Shown: one piece after another, positions 17,057-27,965 of the stretch
How the letters are laid out: each line of letters opens with the position of its first letter
Numbering within the stretch: the first letter of the stretch is position 1
Assembly: GCA_965208675.1 (NCBI GenBank)
Contig: OZ242351.1
Location: 1,696,001 to 1,760,000, forward strand
Reading direction: 5' to 3'
DNA: 64,000 bases
Origin: Candidatus Poribacteria bacterium
GTDB lineage: Bacteria; Poribacteria; WGA-4E; PCPOR2b
Program-made: the position numbers and the translations under genes
Notes under the pieces: generated by a model
What the model was told of the DNA's origin: nothing
Database searches by the model: none
What the model saw: the letters and a program-made list of their open reading frames with translations, nothing else

Positions 17057-19912
17057 TTACGGTTTCGCGCCGAGTTGCCGTAAACGCTCTTCTGCGTCTT
17101 CTTTCCATTGGGTAGGGGGATTTAACTTGAGAAATTTCTTCCATCGATCAATGGCTTGTTGCTTTTTGCCGTTGTATTCATACATCAACGCGAGATTGTA
17201 GTTAGCACTGATGTCTTTGGGGGTTAACTGCAGCACGCGTTCGAACTGCTCCGCCGCGGAGCCGAGTTGATTCAGATAATAGAGGGTATTCCCGTAGTTA
17301 AGAATTGTCTCCGCATGGTCAGGTTCTAGCTCGAGCGCCTTCTCTAGAGTTTCTTTGGCGCGCCCCATATTCAGCCCAAACATACCGTAGAGATCGCCGA
17401 GCCGTTGATAGGAACGAACTGATTTCGGATTGACAGTGACCTCTGCCTCGTAATGTTGGATGGCTTCTTTAAATTTTTGTCCTTTCTCGGCAATCGATCC
17501 AAGCTGAAAGGATACGTCCATGTATGCCGGCTCGAGTTCGCGGGTTATTTGGAAGACCTCTTTGGCTTTTTCAAATTGATCGAGGTCGAGGTAGGTCATA
17601 CCGAGAAAATAGTGGGCATCAACGTTCTCCGGTTCGAGAGCGATGACCTTTTTGAAATCTTCCGCAATCTGGCTGCTGCGGTAAAGCGCGTCGCCAATCT
17701 GTTTGTAATGGCGGATGAGCACCCCGCGATGAAAGTAGGCGGGTGCATAATCTGATTTGAGTTCAATCGTCTTGCCGTACGCTTCCACTGCCATCGCTGC
17801 GTATTTGTCATAGTCCTCCAGCGTCCGGGCGTGGCGATCCAGCAGGCGGGCATAACGAAAATGCCAATCATATCGGCTGTCGCCGTGTTGGTTGGCAAGC
17901 CCAAAGTGTACGATTGCCTTTTCAACTTCCGAACGCTCTTCATAGATTGCGCCGAGATCGTATTGCGCCTGCGGATGGTCGGGTTCAATCGCCAATCCCA
18001 ATTCATAGACGCGGACGACGTTATCCATTTCACCCCGTTGATGATAGATTGCCCCTAGCCGCATGAAAGGTTGAGCGCTTGATTCATCAAGCAAGATTGT
18101 TTTCTCGTACCGAGCGACAGCGTTGTCTACGTCGCCCATTTGCTCATACAACATGCCTGCCTGAAACTGTGCGCCAACGTGGTTCGAATCTAGGTGCACC
18201 GCTTGTAGGAATGCGTCGAGGGCGTCTTCGGGGCGATTCAACTGGATGTGCGACAAGCCCGAAATATAGTGCGCTTCGACGTTCGCCGGATCGATAGCGA
18301 TTAGCTGCCGAAGCGGTTCGATCGCGCTTTGCGGGTCGTTCCGTTTCACGTAAATTTTCGCGGTTCGCATTAAGGCATCCTGATAATGCGGATCCAGTTG
18401 GATCACTTGGCCGTAACCATGAAGCGCTTTATCCAGAAATTCTCCCGCCTCGTAGCTGCGCCCAAGAATGTAGGCGGCTTCGATGTGTTCCGGATATATG
18501 AGGAGGAATTTGTTGAGCGGTTCGATAGCCTGATGATACCGTTCCTTGTCGTAAGCGGCTTTGCCCCGATCGAAAAAATGCTGTTCCCGTTCCGGCGCTA
18601 ATTCTATTGCGCGTCGATACACCGCAGCCGCACGCTCATTGTTGCCGTGTTGATAGTGGAGATTTCCCAATGACTCATAGGCGTCGCGAAAATCGCCCCC
18701 CGGTAATTCTGTCTTCAAGTGTGTTTGATCCGCCTCAATGAGTTCCACCGTTTTTTCGTAGTATCGGATAGCCGCCGACGGATTTCCAGCGTCAACTTCC
18801 ATTTGGGCGTAATAGAAATATCCGCGCGGATCGGCTGGATTCAGCGCCACCGCTCTATCTAGCAGCGATTTCGCCGCATCGATTCCAATTTGATTTGTGT
18901 GATATTGCGCAAATTGCTGAATGAAGTAATCTTTGATTGCAGCATCAGCATCGAACGCACTTTTATAGTGTTCAATGGCAAGGCCGCGCTGATTATTGTC
19001 GTAGTAGATATCGCCAACTTGAAGGTGAGCGGGAGCGTAGCTCGAATCAACTTCAATTGCGCGCCGGTATAAGGCAATCGCACCGTCTGGTTTGCCTTTT
19101 TGCTCAAAAATCTCGCCTAGTTCATACAAGACCTGCGCTGTGTAGGCTTGGTGCTTGGCGGCGCTCTCGTAGGTCTTGAGCGCCTCCTCGAAGCGATTTT
19201 CACTGGCGAGCACCTGCCCGAGTTTGTAATATGCAGGCGCAAATTTCTTGTCTCGGCGAATGGTACCCTCAAGCGCCGTTCGTGCGGCATTCAACTCGCC
19301 TCGTTTGAGATAGACTGCCGCCAGCCCGTAGTGGGCATAAACCCAGTTGGGATTGATTCCCAACGCCATCTGAAAGGATTTGAACGCATCATCGAATTTG
19401 TCTAGCTGAAGTTGAATTTCTCCCTGTTTATAGTAAGCGGAATAAAATTCGGAGTTCAAGCGGAGGCAGGTTTCTATCTCTCGCAGCGCATCATCATACC
19501 GCCCTGTTTGTTGGTAGACGCCGCTCAGGCTATAGTGCGCCATGGGTAAATTCGCTTGCAGGGAAATGGCGCGTTGAAACTGCGATTCGGCTTTTTCTAG
19601 CGCCTCGTCACCGCCGCCAATCGCGTAAGCATAACCCAATCCATAATGCACATCGGCATCCGCGCCGCCAGCGGTGACATCTGACTCGTACAAGCTGATG
19701 AGGTCTGTGAGATGACCCTTTTCCCGCCATTTGTTGACTAAGCCGCGATGCCGCTCCAATTTCTTATGGGCGGCGTTGAGTATCTCGGCATAGTCTTTCT
19801 CCAATGCTTCGCGCCATTTCTCCGCGTTATCTCCGTACGCCGATAAAATCCATACGTTTACCCAGACGGACATCGCGAATATGCATATCGAAGTGAAACT
19901 AGATTTACTCAT
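17057..19912 (-). CDS. Secreted multi-TPR protein
   Basis: N-terminal signal-like segment, then many 34-aa A(H/Y)YxLG...A...P repeats along 951 aa. Confidence 0.9.
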   Translation of the reverse strand: MSKSSFTSICIFAMSVWVNVWILSAYGDNAEKWREALEKDYAEILNAAHKKLERHRGLVNKWREKGHLTDLISLYESDVTAGGADADVHYGLGYAYAIGGGDEALEKAESQFQRAISLQANLPMAHYSLSGVYQQTGRYDDALREIETCLRLNSEFYSAYYKQGEIQLQLDKFDDAFKSFQMALGINPNWVYAHYGLAAVYLKRGELNAARTALEGTIRRDKKFAPAYYKLGQVLASENRFEEALKTYESAAKHQAYTAQVLYELGEIFEQKGKPDGAIALYRRAIEVDSSYAPAHLQVGDIYYDNNQRGLAIEHYKSAFDADAAIKDYFIQQFAQYHTNQIGIDAAKSLLDRAVALNPADPRGYFYYAQMEVDAGNPSAAIRYYEKTVELIEADQTHLKTELPGGDFRDAYESLGNLHYQHGNNERAAAVYRRAIELAPEREQHFFDRGKAAYDKERYHQAIEPLNKFLLIYPEHIEAAYILGRSYEAGEFLDKALHGYGQVIQLDPHYQDALMRTAKIYVKRNDPQSAIEPLRQLIAIDPANVEAHYISGLSHIQLNRPEDALDAFLQAVHLDSNHVGAQFQAGMLYEQMGDVDNAVARYEKTILLDESSAQPFMRLGAIYHQRGEMDNVVRVYELGLAIEPDHPQAQYDLGAIYEERSEVEKAIVHFGLANQHGDSRYDWHFRYARLLDRHARTLEDYDKYAAMAVEAYGKTIELKSDYAPAYFHRGVLIRHYKQIGDALYRSSQIAEDFKKVIALEPENVDAHYFLGMTYLDLDQFEKAKEVFQITRELEPAYMDVSFQLGSIAEKGQKFKEAIQHYEAEVTVNPKSVRSYQRLGDLYGMFGLNMGRAKETLEKALELEPDHAETILNYGNTLYYLNQLGSAAEQFERVLQLTPKDISANYNLALMYEYNGKKQQAIDRWKKFLKLNPPTQWKEDAEERLRQLGAKP

Positions 19913-20192
19913 ACCTCACGCCTTCCTTATTGCGCGCTTTACACTGCGAACTCCTTTTACATTGTGTATAAAGATACCATATTTGATTGGGGTTTGCCAT
20001 GTTTGTTATTCCGCCACTATACTGGTTTAGTGTAAGAACCAACCTGCTTGTATTAGTTTCCTCGGCAAAAGAGGTGCTTCTTCCTCTTGACAGATTCAAG
20101 GGATAAAGTGTATCCTTGATTTAGATTTTCTTTGTACCGCTTTAAGTCAAAAACCACCGTTCTTACCGGACGCTTCCGAGGGGACATCATTT

Positions 20193-21170
20193 ATGAATTA
20201 TTCGAAAAATCTGAGATTCTTACGAATACTAATGGTGGTTGCCGGAATACTCGTTGCGGCGAAGAGCGCGGCAGCCGAAAAACGCCAATTTCTAAGTGTT
20301 GGGACTGCCCCGCCCGGTGGTGCGTTTTTCGTCGTAGGCAGCGCGATCGCGCAAGTTGTCAGCGAAAATCAGGCTGACCGCGGCTGGATAGTTTCCGCGG
20401 AAGCAACGAAGGGCACACAGGAGAATATCCGGCGCCTGAGCAAGGGTGAGTTGGAGTTTGCCCTCGCCAACGCAGCCATCTCTTACTTTGCCGTTCGCGG
20501 TGAAGGGGCATGGAAACAGAAATACACCATTCAAACTGTAATGACGCTTGCACCGAATGTAGCGCTTTTCATCACGCCTAAACGCTCCGGAGTAAAACGA
20601 ATCGCTGATCTGAAAGAGAAGCGCGTAGTTGTCGGGCCGGCAGGTGCGGGATTCGAGTATTTTCTCAAGCCGATTTTGGCGGCTCACGGCGTGGCGTACG
20701 AAGATTTCACACCGCTCCATAACACGCAGTCGGGCGCAGTCGATATGCTCGCCGACGGTTCAGCTGCCGCGGCGTTTCTGGGCGGAGCTGTGCCTACGGC
20801 ATCAATTCTACAGGCTTGCGCTTCGCAGGATATCCACTTCATTCCTTATCAAGAGGCGGCGAAACAGCGGCTGTTTGATGACTACCCGTTTTTTAACGCC
20901 GCCACGATTCCTGCAGCGACTTACCGGAACCAGAACGAACCGTTCAACGGCGTGAATGTTGGCGCGATGCACCTGATTACCAACGCTGATGTGGATGAAG
21001 AAACGGTTTACCATTTCACCAAAATCCTCTACGAACACCAAGCGGACGTTGCTGAAATTCATCCTGCGGGCAAAGCGATTAACCCCAAAAACGTCGTAAA
21101 GCACACCGGTACGCCGTTCCACCCGGGCGCAATTCGTTACTACAAAGATATCGGGATATGGCCGGAGTAG
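20193..21170 (+). CDS. TAXI-family TRAP solute receptor
   Basis: GTAPPGG, TKGTQENI and PFHPGAIRYY motifs. Confidence 0.9.
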   Translation: MNYSKNLRFLRILMVVAGILVAAKSAAAEKRQFLSVGTAPPGGAFFVVGSAIAQVVSENQADRGWIVSAEATKGTQENIRRLSKGELEFALANAAISYFAVRGEGAWKQKYTIQTVMTLAPNVALFITPKRSGVKRIADLKEKRVVVGPAGAGFEYFLKPILAAHGVAYEDFTPLHNTQSGAVDMLADGSAAAAFLGGAVPTASILQACASQDIHFIPYQEAAKQRLFDDYPFFNAATIPAATYRNQNEPFNGVNVGAMHLITNADVDEETVYHFTKILYEHQADVAEIHPAGKAINPKNVVKHTGTPFHPGAIRYYKDIGIWPE

Positions 21171-21232
21171 CATTTTTCCGAAATCAGCCCTAACCGCATT
21201 AGACCGCATAATAAAGTTACGTTCGTGAATAG

Positions 21233-23203
21233 ATGAACTTCCTCCAACCAATCCGCAACACTCTTTTCCCAATCCTCGCCGTGCTTCTCAGTCTGTTTAT
21301 CTTGATTGAGGTCAATTTTCCTCACCTGTTACCGCAATCTCAGTTGGCAATTTTTGGGATGTTGGGATTAATCCTGGTCTTTCTGAAATATCCCCTGCAC
21401 CGCAGATTTGAAGGCCGGGCTGCGTTTCAGATTCTCGATTACATTTTTGTTATCGCCACCGTGGTCAGCTTCGGTTATATTCTGGTTCAGACCGAACCCA
21501 TGTTTGAACGGCTTTGGATTGACGACCAGCCGCTTGGGCAACGCGCAGGCTCGGAACGATTTGGAGATTACTTCATCGGGTTGATTGGCGTCCTTTTGGT
21601 TTTGGAGGCGACACGGCGCGCTATCGGCCTGGCTTTGCCGATTCTTTCATTGATTTTTTTACTTTATGCGGGTTTTCGGTCGTCCATGCCCATTTGGCTA
21701 TTTCCTCACAAGGACCAGTCTTTGGAACGCATCATTAGCCACACTTTTTTGCAAAGCCAGGGTGTTTTTGGCATCGCCCTGAATGTCATGTTTAAGTATG
21801 TATTTCTCTTCGTTCTTTTCGGGACATTATTGGAAAAAACCGGGGCAACTGGATATATCATTGGCTTTGCTAAGCGTCTTTTTCGCTCAAGCTCGGGGGG
21901 CGCCGCCAAGATTGCGGTCCTCAGCAGTGGAATGATGGGGTCCCTGTCCGGCAGTGCCGTCGCCAATACAGCTACCACCGGCACCTTCACTATCCCGTTG
22001 ATGAGAAGTGTCGGTTTCAAACCTGATATCGCGGGCGGCGTAGAAGCGGCTGCCAGTTCAGGCGGCGCGTTAGTTCCGCCCATTATGGGTGCGGGAGCTT
22101 ACATGATGCTTGAGATTGTTCAACCGTCGGTTACCTATCTTGAAATCATCAAATCGGCGCTGATTCCTGCTGTTCTCTACTACACGGCGCTCTTGTTGAT
22201 TGTTCACTTTTACGCCGGACGTGCCAATTCAAGCACAGATGCCGGCACAACACCAGGAGCGAATGCCGAAGTTTCAGATTTGCCCTCGGGAGCGTCGGGA
22301 CGCGCCGCACCGATTCAGGGGTTCATTTTTTTGAGCGCATTTGCCTCGCTCATAGTCTTTTTGATTATCGGGTACACGCCTTTCCGGTCAGTCAGCTTAA
22401 GTTTGCTCCTAGTTTTGGTTCTGAGTGCGTTTAATAAACAAACTCGGGTCGACATCAAGGGGATTGCTGCAGCTATGGAAAAGGCTGCCCATGGCGGCGT
22501 TTCGCTGGTTGCGGCGGCGTCGTGTGTGGGGCTGATCCTCGGCGTTGTGACGCTGACAGACATCGGCAGGAATCTGGCGGGCGTCCTTTTGCCGCTTGCC
22601 GAAAACAACCTAATCCTCGGATTGATGCTCCTGATGGTGTCGACCATAATCCTGGGGATGGGGCTGCCTTCGTCGGTGTGTTATCTGCTAATGGCAACCT
22701 TGGTCGGTCCGATTCTGCGGGAATTGGGACTCGTACCACTCGCCGCACATCTGTTCATCTTTTATTTCGGTATGATGTCCATGGTGACACCACCGGTGGC
22801 GTTAGCAGCATATACGGCGGCTGCAATCGCGGACGCGGGTATCATGAAAACGGCATTCGCCGCTTTCCGTTTCGCACTTGTGGGATTTGCCTTACCCTAC
22901 GCGTTCGTTCTGCGTCCGGAATTGTTGCTCTTATCTCCAGATGGAGGCTCGGCGGGGTTCTTCGCTATCGCGGGCGGCGTCCTAATCACCGCTATTGGCA
23001 TCGTTCCGTTGGCGGCGAGTGTTTCCGGCTATTGGTTCGGACCGCTTAATTTATGGCAGCGTGGCGTATTGCTCGGCGCCGCAATCGTCTTCTTTTTTGC
23101 CCCCTCGGCGGGTACACAGATTTGGATGCAAGCGCTGGCATTCATCGTTGTTGTAATCGTAGGTATTACAAATCGGCGCGCCGTACATGCAGAACGTGCG
23201 TAA
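21233..23203 (+). CDS. TRAP transporter fused 4TM/12TM permease
   Basis: SGSAVANTATTGTFTIP, EAAASSGG...PPIMGAGA and TPPVALAAY motifs. Confidence 0.9.
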   Translation: MNFLQPIRNTLFPILAVLLSLFILIEVNFPHLLPQSQLAIFGMLGLILVFLKYPLHRRFEGRAAFQILDYIFVIATVVSFGYILVQTEPMFERLWIDDQPLGQRAGSERFGDYFIGLIGVLLVLEATRRAIGLALPILSLIFLLYAGFRSSMPIWLFPHKDQSLERIISHTFLQSQGVFGIALNVMFKYVFLFVLFGTLLEKTGATGYIIGFAKRLFRSSSGGAAKIAVLSSGMMGSLSGSAVANTATTGTFTIPLMRSVGFKPDIAGGVEAAASSGGALVPPIMGAGAYMMLEIVQPSVTYLEIIKSALIPAVLYYTALLLIVHFYAGRANSSTDAGTTPGANAEVSDLPSGASGRAAPIQGFIFLSAFASLIVFLIIGYTPFRSVSLSLLLVLVLSAFNKQTRVDIKGIAAAMEKAAHGGVSLVAAASCVGLILGVVTLTDIGRNLAGVLLPLAENNLILGLMLLMVSTIILGMGLPSSVCYLLMATLVGPILRELGLVPLAAHLFIFYFGMMSMVTPPVALAAYTAAAIADAGIMKTAFAAFRFALVGFALPYAFVLRPELLLLSPDGGSAGFFAIAGGVLITAIGIVPLAASVSGYWFGPLNLWQRGVLLGAAIVFFFAPSAGTQIWMQALAFIVVVIVGITNRRAVHAERA

Positions 23204-23282
23204 ATAATTAGCAGACATCACCTCGCTTGGGGTAAGCCAAGTCACAAGCATCGATACCTGAATTCTGTGTTCAATCGCAACT

Positions 23283-24575
23283 ATGAAAATTGCTTATATT
23301 GCTGCTGGTGCCGCAGGCATGTATTGCGGCACCTGCATTCATGATAATACACTTGCCGCAGCGTTGCAAGCGAAGGGGCACGAGGTTGCCCTCATCCCTA
23401 CCTATACTCCTATTCGGACCGATGAGGTTGATGTCAGCATAGACCGCATCTTTTTCGGTGGGATCAACGTATATCTTCAACAGAAGTTAGCGCTATTCCG
23501 TCACACGCCCTGGTTATTCGATCGATTATTCGACGCGCCTACACTGTTGAATGGGTTATCTCGTTTTAGCGCCTCAACCAATGCTAAGGATTTGGGTGAA
23601 CTCACCGTTTCTGTGCTTCAGGGAGAGGATGGGCGGCAGAAAAAGGAACTGGCGAAACTCGTCAAATGGCTGCAGGATTCCTATCGACCGGATATTGTTC
23701 AGCTTACCAATTCCATGTTTGTGGGGTTTGCTAAGGAGATAAAGCGGGAGATGGATGTACCTGTCGTTTGCGCATTTCAAGGGGAGGATATTTTTCTGGA
23801 AGCACTTATCGAACCGTACAAATCTCATGCGCTAGATTTGCTTCGGGCGCGGGCGTCTGACGTTGATGCGTTCATTGCGCCCTGCCGATACTATGCCGAA
23901 TTTATGGCAAGATTTCTCGACATCCCTGCCGAGCGGATAAACGTCGTGAAGTTGGGGTTGAACCTTGATGGGCACGGCGTGAATCAAGGGGAGCCAATCG
24001 GCGATGCGCCTTTTGTTATCGGTTACTTAGCCCGTATTTGCCCAGAAAAAGGGTTGCATCTGCTAGTGGATGCCTTTCACCAACTCACACAGCAAGTGGG
24101 CGCGAACCAGATACGGCTCAAGGCCGCCGGTTATCTGAACAAGAGAGATGAGGCTTATTTTAAAGAGATTGTTAACCAAATTGAAGCGTGGGGATTGACA
24201 GATTCATTTGAATATTGGGGCGAGATTGACCGCGCACAAAAGATTCAGTTTCTCAACGTCCTTCACGTATTGTCTGTACCGACAACGTACAGGGAATCTA
24301 AAGGGCTTTACGTCTTGGAAGCGCTCGCCAACGGCGTCCCTGTCGTTCAGCCGCGGCACGGCGCCTTCCCCGAATTGATAACGGAGACCGGCGGCGGAAT
24401 ATTGGTGGACGCCCATTCTCCTGACGCAATCGCTTCTGGTATTCATCAATTGATGACAGACAAAACCCATCGGCGTGAATTGGGATCCGCGGGAAAAGAA
24501 ACTGTACATAGAGCGTACAGCGATGATGCTATGGCAAATGCAATTCTAGAGGTTTATAGCGCCAGCCTGCGGTAA
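23283..24575 (+). CDS. Glycosyltransferase family 4
   Basis: ARICPEKG and ExKGLYVLEALANGVPVV motifs. Confidence 0.85.
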   Translation: MKIAYIAAGAAGMYCGTCIHDNTLAAALQAKGHEVALIPTYTPIRTDEVDVSIDRIFFGGINVYLQQKLALFRHTPWLFDRLFDAPTLLNGLSRFSASTNAKDLGELTVSVLQGEDGRQKKELAKLVKWLQDSYRPDIVQLTNSMFVGFAKEIKREMDVPVVCAFQGEDIFLEALIEPYKSHALDLLRARASDVDAFIAPCRYYAEFMARFLDIPAERINVVKLGLNLDGHGVNQGEPIGDAPFVIGYLARICPEKGLHLLVDAFHQLTQQVGANQIRLKAAGYLNKRDEAYFKEIVNQIEAWGLTDSFEYWGEIDRAQKIQFLNVLHVLSVPTTYRESKGLYVLEALANGVPVVQPRHGAFPELITETGGGILVDAHSPDAIASGIHQLMTDKTHRRELGSAGKETVHRAYSDDAMANAILEVYSASLR

Positions 24576-24732
24576 CTTAACTGTGACGAGGAAGGTGGAA
24601 GCGTTCAGAGTAATGAGACAGGGAATAGAATAGGGACGTATGTAAATTAGAGGATTGGTTAAACTTCAGAAATAACGTGAGACGCTTGACACTTTCTCAT
24701 GCTACTCTTCCATGTTCTTTCGCCGTTTATCA

Positions 24733-26043
24733 TCAATGTTTGCGTTTTTCCAGCATTACCGCTTGTGCGATTGCGTGGAAGACTTCATCAATCTCTGATA
24801 TTTCGATACAAGAAAACGCTACGCGCAGATCTGTTTTCCCAATCGAGATTACGCCGATGCCGTAGTCGTCGAGAAGTCGTTGGCGCACAGTCTCCGCGTT
24901 CGCAGACTTCAGGCGTAAGCACATAAAATATCCTGCGTTGAATGGATAAACATCCCAGAGAGGTGCATACTGCCTATGTGCAGCTACCGTTCTCACCCTT
25001 AAAGCGCGACATTTCAATATCTCATTTTTCTGATTTCTCTCAAGAGTGTATTGCGGAGAATCCATTGCTTCCAATACCAGAGTTTGCGAGAGTTGAGATG
25101 CGCCCGATGTATTTGCACGAATCAACGCGGTAATTTTTTCCTCCATCCCTTTCATCAACTCCCCATCCAGACCAAATGTAAGAAACCCTATCCGCAGCCC
25201 CCATGCATACTCCTCTTTGGTTGCGCCATCAATTTTGACCGGTATGACGTTCGGATGGGTATCCACCAGCCAGCCGAAGATTGACTCTCGCAGGACGTTG
25301 TCATCGTACCATAGTCCAAAGTAGGCATCATCGACAAGCACAAGTAAGCGGCAGCCTGATGCTGCAACTTGAGTAATGGCTTGTGTCATCTCTTCGGCTT
25401 CTTCCGTCGTAATTGCGTAGCCGGTGGGATTGTGCGGGAAGTTGAGAAGCACAATTAGCTTGTCGGTAGTTCGGCTAACTTCAATAAGCGCGTCGCGAAA
25501 ACCTGACGCGTTAAATTGCCCATTTGAATTATAGAAGGGATAGGTCTGAATGTTTGCCCCGCATTTCGTTTGAAAAATCAGCCGGTAATTTCCCCAGATT
25601 TTGTCCGGCATAACAAGTGTATCATCCGAATTAACGAAGAGATCTCCAATTAAACTGAAACCGTGCGTCAGTCCACACGTAACAATGGGTAGACTAAACC
25701 CCTTGCCTTTGAGCGATGGGTTCTCAACTTCCAATCTAGCTTTCCATCTCAACCGCAACCCCATTTGTCCAAGCGCCGGTGCATACCCGTAGACGCGGCT
25801 CGGATCAATTTCCGGTACAAATTGATGTGAACTCGGGAGATGCATAACCTCCCCGTTTTCAAGCGCGATCGCCCGCGTCGCATTGAATCGGTTTGCGCGT
25901 TGGGCTGCTTCAGCACTCTGACTCAAAATACCCTTCGGAAGGTAAATTCGAGTTCCGAGTGATGAGAGCAAATCAGCGGCAATTGGGGTCGCCAATCGGA
26001 TTTTTTCATTCAGTTCAACAGCAAAACGGGTTAACGTTTCCAT
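24733..26043 (-). CDS. PLP-dependent aminotransferase class I/II
   Basis: NFPHNPTG, DDAY and GATKEEYAWGLRIG; likely start ATG 26043. Confidence 0.85.
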   Translation of the reverse strand: METLTRFAVELNEKIRLATPIAADLLSSLGTRIYLPKGILSQSAEAAQRANRFNATRAIALENGEVMHLPSSHQFVPEIDPSRVYGYAPALGQMGLRLRWKARLEVENPSLKGKGFSLPIVTCGLTHGFSLIGDLFVNSDDTLVMPDKIWGNYRLIFQTKCGANIQTYPFYNSNGQFNASGFRDALIEVSRTTDKLIVLLNFPHNPTGYAITTEEAEEMTQAITQVAASGCRLLVLVDDAYFGLWYDDNVLRESIFGWLVDTHPNVIPVKIDGATKEEYAWGLRIGFLTFGLDGELMKGMEEKITALIRANTSGASQLSQTLVLEAMDSPQYTLERNQKNEILKCRALRVRTVAAHRQYAPLWDVYPFNAGYFMCLRLKSANAETVRQRLLDDYGIGVISIGKTDLRVAFSCIEISEIDEVFHAIAQAVMLEKRKH

Positions 26044-26275
26044 CTTTATCTTTTCCGTGGGATTGTGTCGGCGGCTTTCTTGTATACACCTTCTTCTTGA
26101 TAGTAATTGAAACCGAATCATTTGTAAAGTGTAAATTGCCAATCGCAACAACCCATTAGAATTAAGCCATGATTAACTGCCCTAACGTTCACGCGATCCA
26201 CAATAGATGCGTACGGCGTAGTCATCAGCAACATGTGCGGAATACTATACATGCTGCAGGAGGTCTAAATCGGGA

Positions 26276-27838
26276 ATGACAGGCGGCGAATTGATTGTTA
26301 AATTGCTCGAATTGCACGGTATCCGCCACATCTTTAGCACGCCCGGCGACCAAGTCAAGATTATTTCTGATGCCCTGCACAGTTGCCAAAAGATTGGGTA
26401 TTACACAGCTCAAACCAGCCAAGCCGCGTCGTTTATGGCGGATGGGTACGCACGTGCAACGGGCAATGTCGGTGTGTGCATTACTCCCGGCGGTGGCTCG
26501 GCGGTTAATACTGCCGTCAGCCTTGCGGCGGCTTATGCTGATAGCATTCCGTTATTGCTTATCACTGGACAAGTCCCGTCGCCGGGGTTGCCGTCTACGG
26601 GAACCAAAGAGAAACATAAGGGATACAATGAGCATGTCAATCTTTTCGACCTGTTCAAACCAATCGTCAAATGGAACGCAAGGATTGACAGCGCTGCTTC
26701 GCTCCCATCAGCGACGGCTCGGGCGTTCAAAGCGTTGCAAACTGGGAGGCGTAGGCCTGTCCATCTGGAAATCCCTGTGGATTTACTGGCTAGCGAAATG
26801 AATGAACCTGTTGCCTTAAAGGCGGCGCCTATTCGAAAAACGCCCGGTGGTTCACCCTCACTGAACGCACTTGCTGCTGAATTATTGGTACGAGCGAAAT
26901 CTCCGCTTATAATTGCTGGCGGGGGAGTGGTGTCGGCAAAGGCAGAGGTAGAACTCATGCAAATTGCTGAACGGCTGAACGCCCCTGTTTGTACAACTCC
27001 AATGAGCAAGGGGGTGGTTCCGCCAGGCCATTTATTGTCCGCGGGATTAACATTGCATGCTCCATCACCAGAAACGCATGAGAATTACCAGATTTTTCCA
27101 CTTATCAAACAAGCAGATGTGGTTTTATCCGTTGGGTGCAGTATGTCTCAACGAACAGCGGGGAATTGGAACACGCACTCGCTGCCAAATCTTATCCAGA
27201 TTGATATTGACGAAAAAGAGATTGGCCGGAACTACCCCGTCCGGATTGGTATTGTAGCCGACGCAAAAGAAGCGCTCGCTCAACTCATCCAAGCCATCGA
27301 CAACGGTGCGGGAACAGTTCAGAGCCATTGGCACGATTTCAGGCCTGAATTGAAGCCGCTTCCGAACCGCAACGGATTCAACCTGAAGGCGATGGAAATA
27401 CTTCGAAACGTATTGGATGAAAGTGCAATTGTTTCGGTCGGCGGGACGCACTTAGTAGATTCTATGCTCATGAATTTCGAGGTTGCCCACGCTCGGTTGT
27501 TGTTGCACACTTGTGATTTGCGGCCGATGGGATATGCACTCCCTGCGGCGATTGGCGCCAAGTGCGCACACCGTGACCGCCAAGTGGTTGCCGTGACAAA
27601 TACTGAGGAATTCTCAATGACGGGACGAGAACTGATTGAGGCGAATCAATACGGGTTAGGGATTCCTGTGATCGTCATCAATAATCACGAATCCAGCGAA
27701 AAGCCTGAAAGCGTGAAGTTTGCCGAAATGTTCGGCGTACCCGGATTTCGCGTACGCAATGACGACGAGTTTGCACCAGCGTTGAAAGAAGCGCTAATGT
27801 CAAGGGAATGTGTCCTGATAGATGTACAGCTTTCATAG
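26276..27838 (+). CDS. Acetolactate-synthase-like TPP-enzyme homolog with degenerate catalytic motifs
   Basis: Fold motifs FMADGYAR, RPVHLEIPVD and MGYALPAAIGA are present. RHE is replaced by QTS and GDG by NTE. Confidence 0.8.
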   Translation: MTGGELIVKLLELHGIRHIFSTPGDQVKIISDALHSCQKIGYYTAQTSQAASFMADGYARATGNVGVCITPGGGSAVNTAVSLAAAYADSIPLLLITGQVPSPGLPSTGTKEKHKGYNEHVNLFDLFKPIVKWNARIDSAASLPSATARAFKALQTGRRRPVHLEIPVDLLASEMNEPVALKAAPIRKTPGGSPSLNALAAELLVRAKSPLIIAGGGVVSAKAEVELMQIAERLNAPVCTTPMSKGVVPPGHLLSAGLTLHAPSPETHENYQIFPLIKQADVVLSVGCSMSQRTAGNWNTHSLPNLIQIDIDEKEIGRNYPVRIGIVADAKEALAQLIQAIDNGAGTVQSHWHDFRPELKPLPNRNGFNLKAMEILRNVLDESAIVSVGGTHLVDSMLMNFEVAHARLLLHTCDLRPMGYALPAAIGAKCAHRDRQVVAVTNTEEFSMTGRELIEANQYGLGIPVIVINNHESSEKPESVKFAEMFGVPGFRVRNDDEFAPALKEALMSRECVLIDVQLS

Positions 27839-27895
27839 CTATGATATGTAAACATAATGTTCAGCCAGAACAAAGCTCCCGTGCGTCCAATTCAA

Positions 27896-27924
27896 TTGAC
27901 ACACTTGGGGGTTTATGATAGAAT
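27896..27924 (+). promoter_or_regulatory. Sigma-70-type promoter for the peroxiredoxin gene
   Basis: TTGACA-N17-TAGAAT with TG extended -10. Confidence 0.7.
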
Positions 27925-27965
27925 TTGAAACAATTTTAAGGCTGCTGTAGAAAGGATTTAATGGT

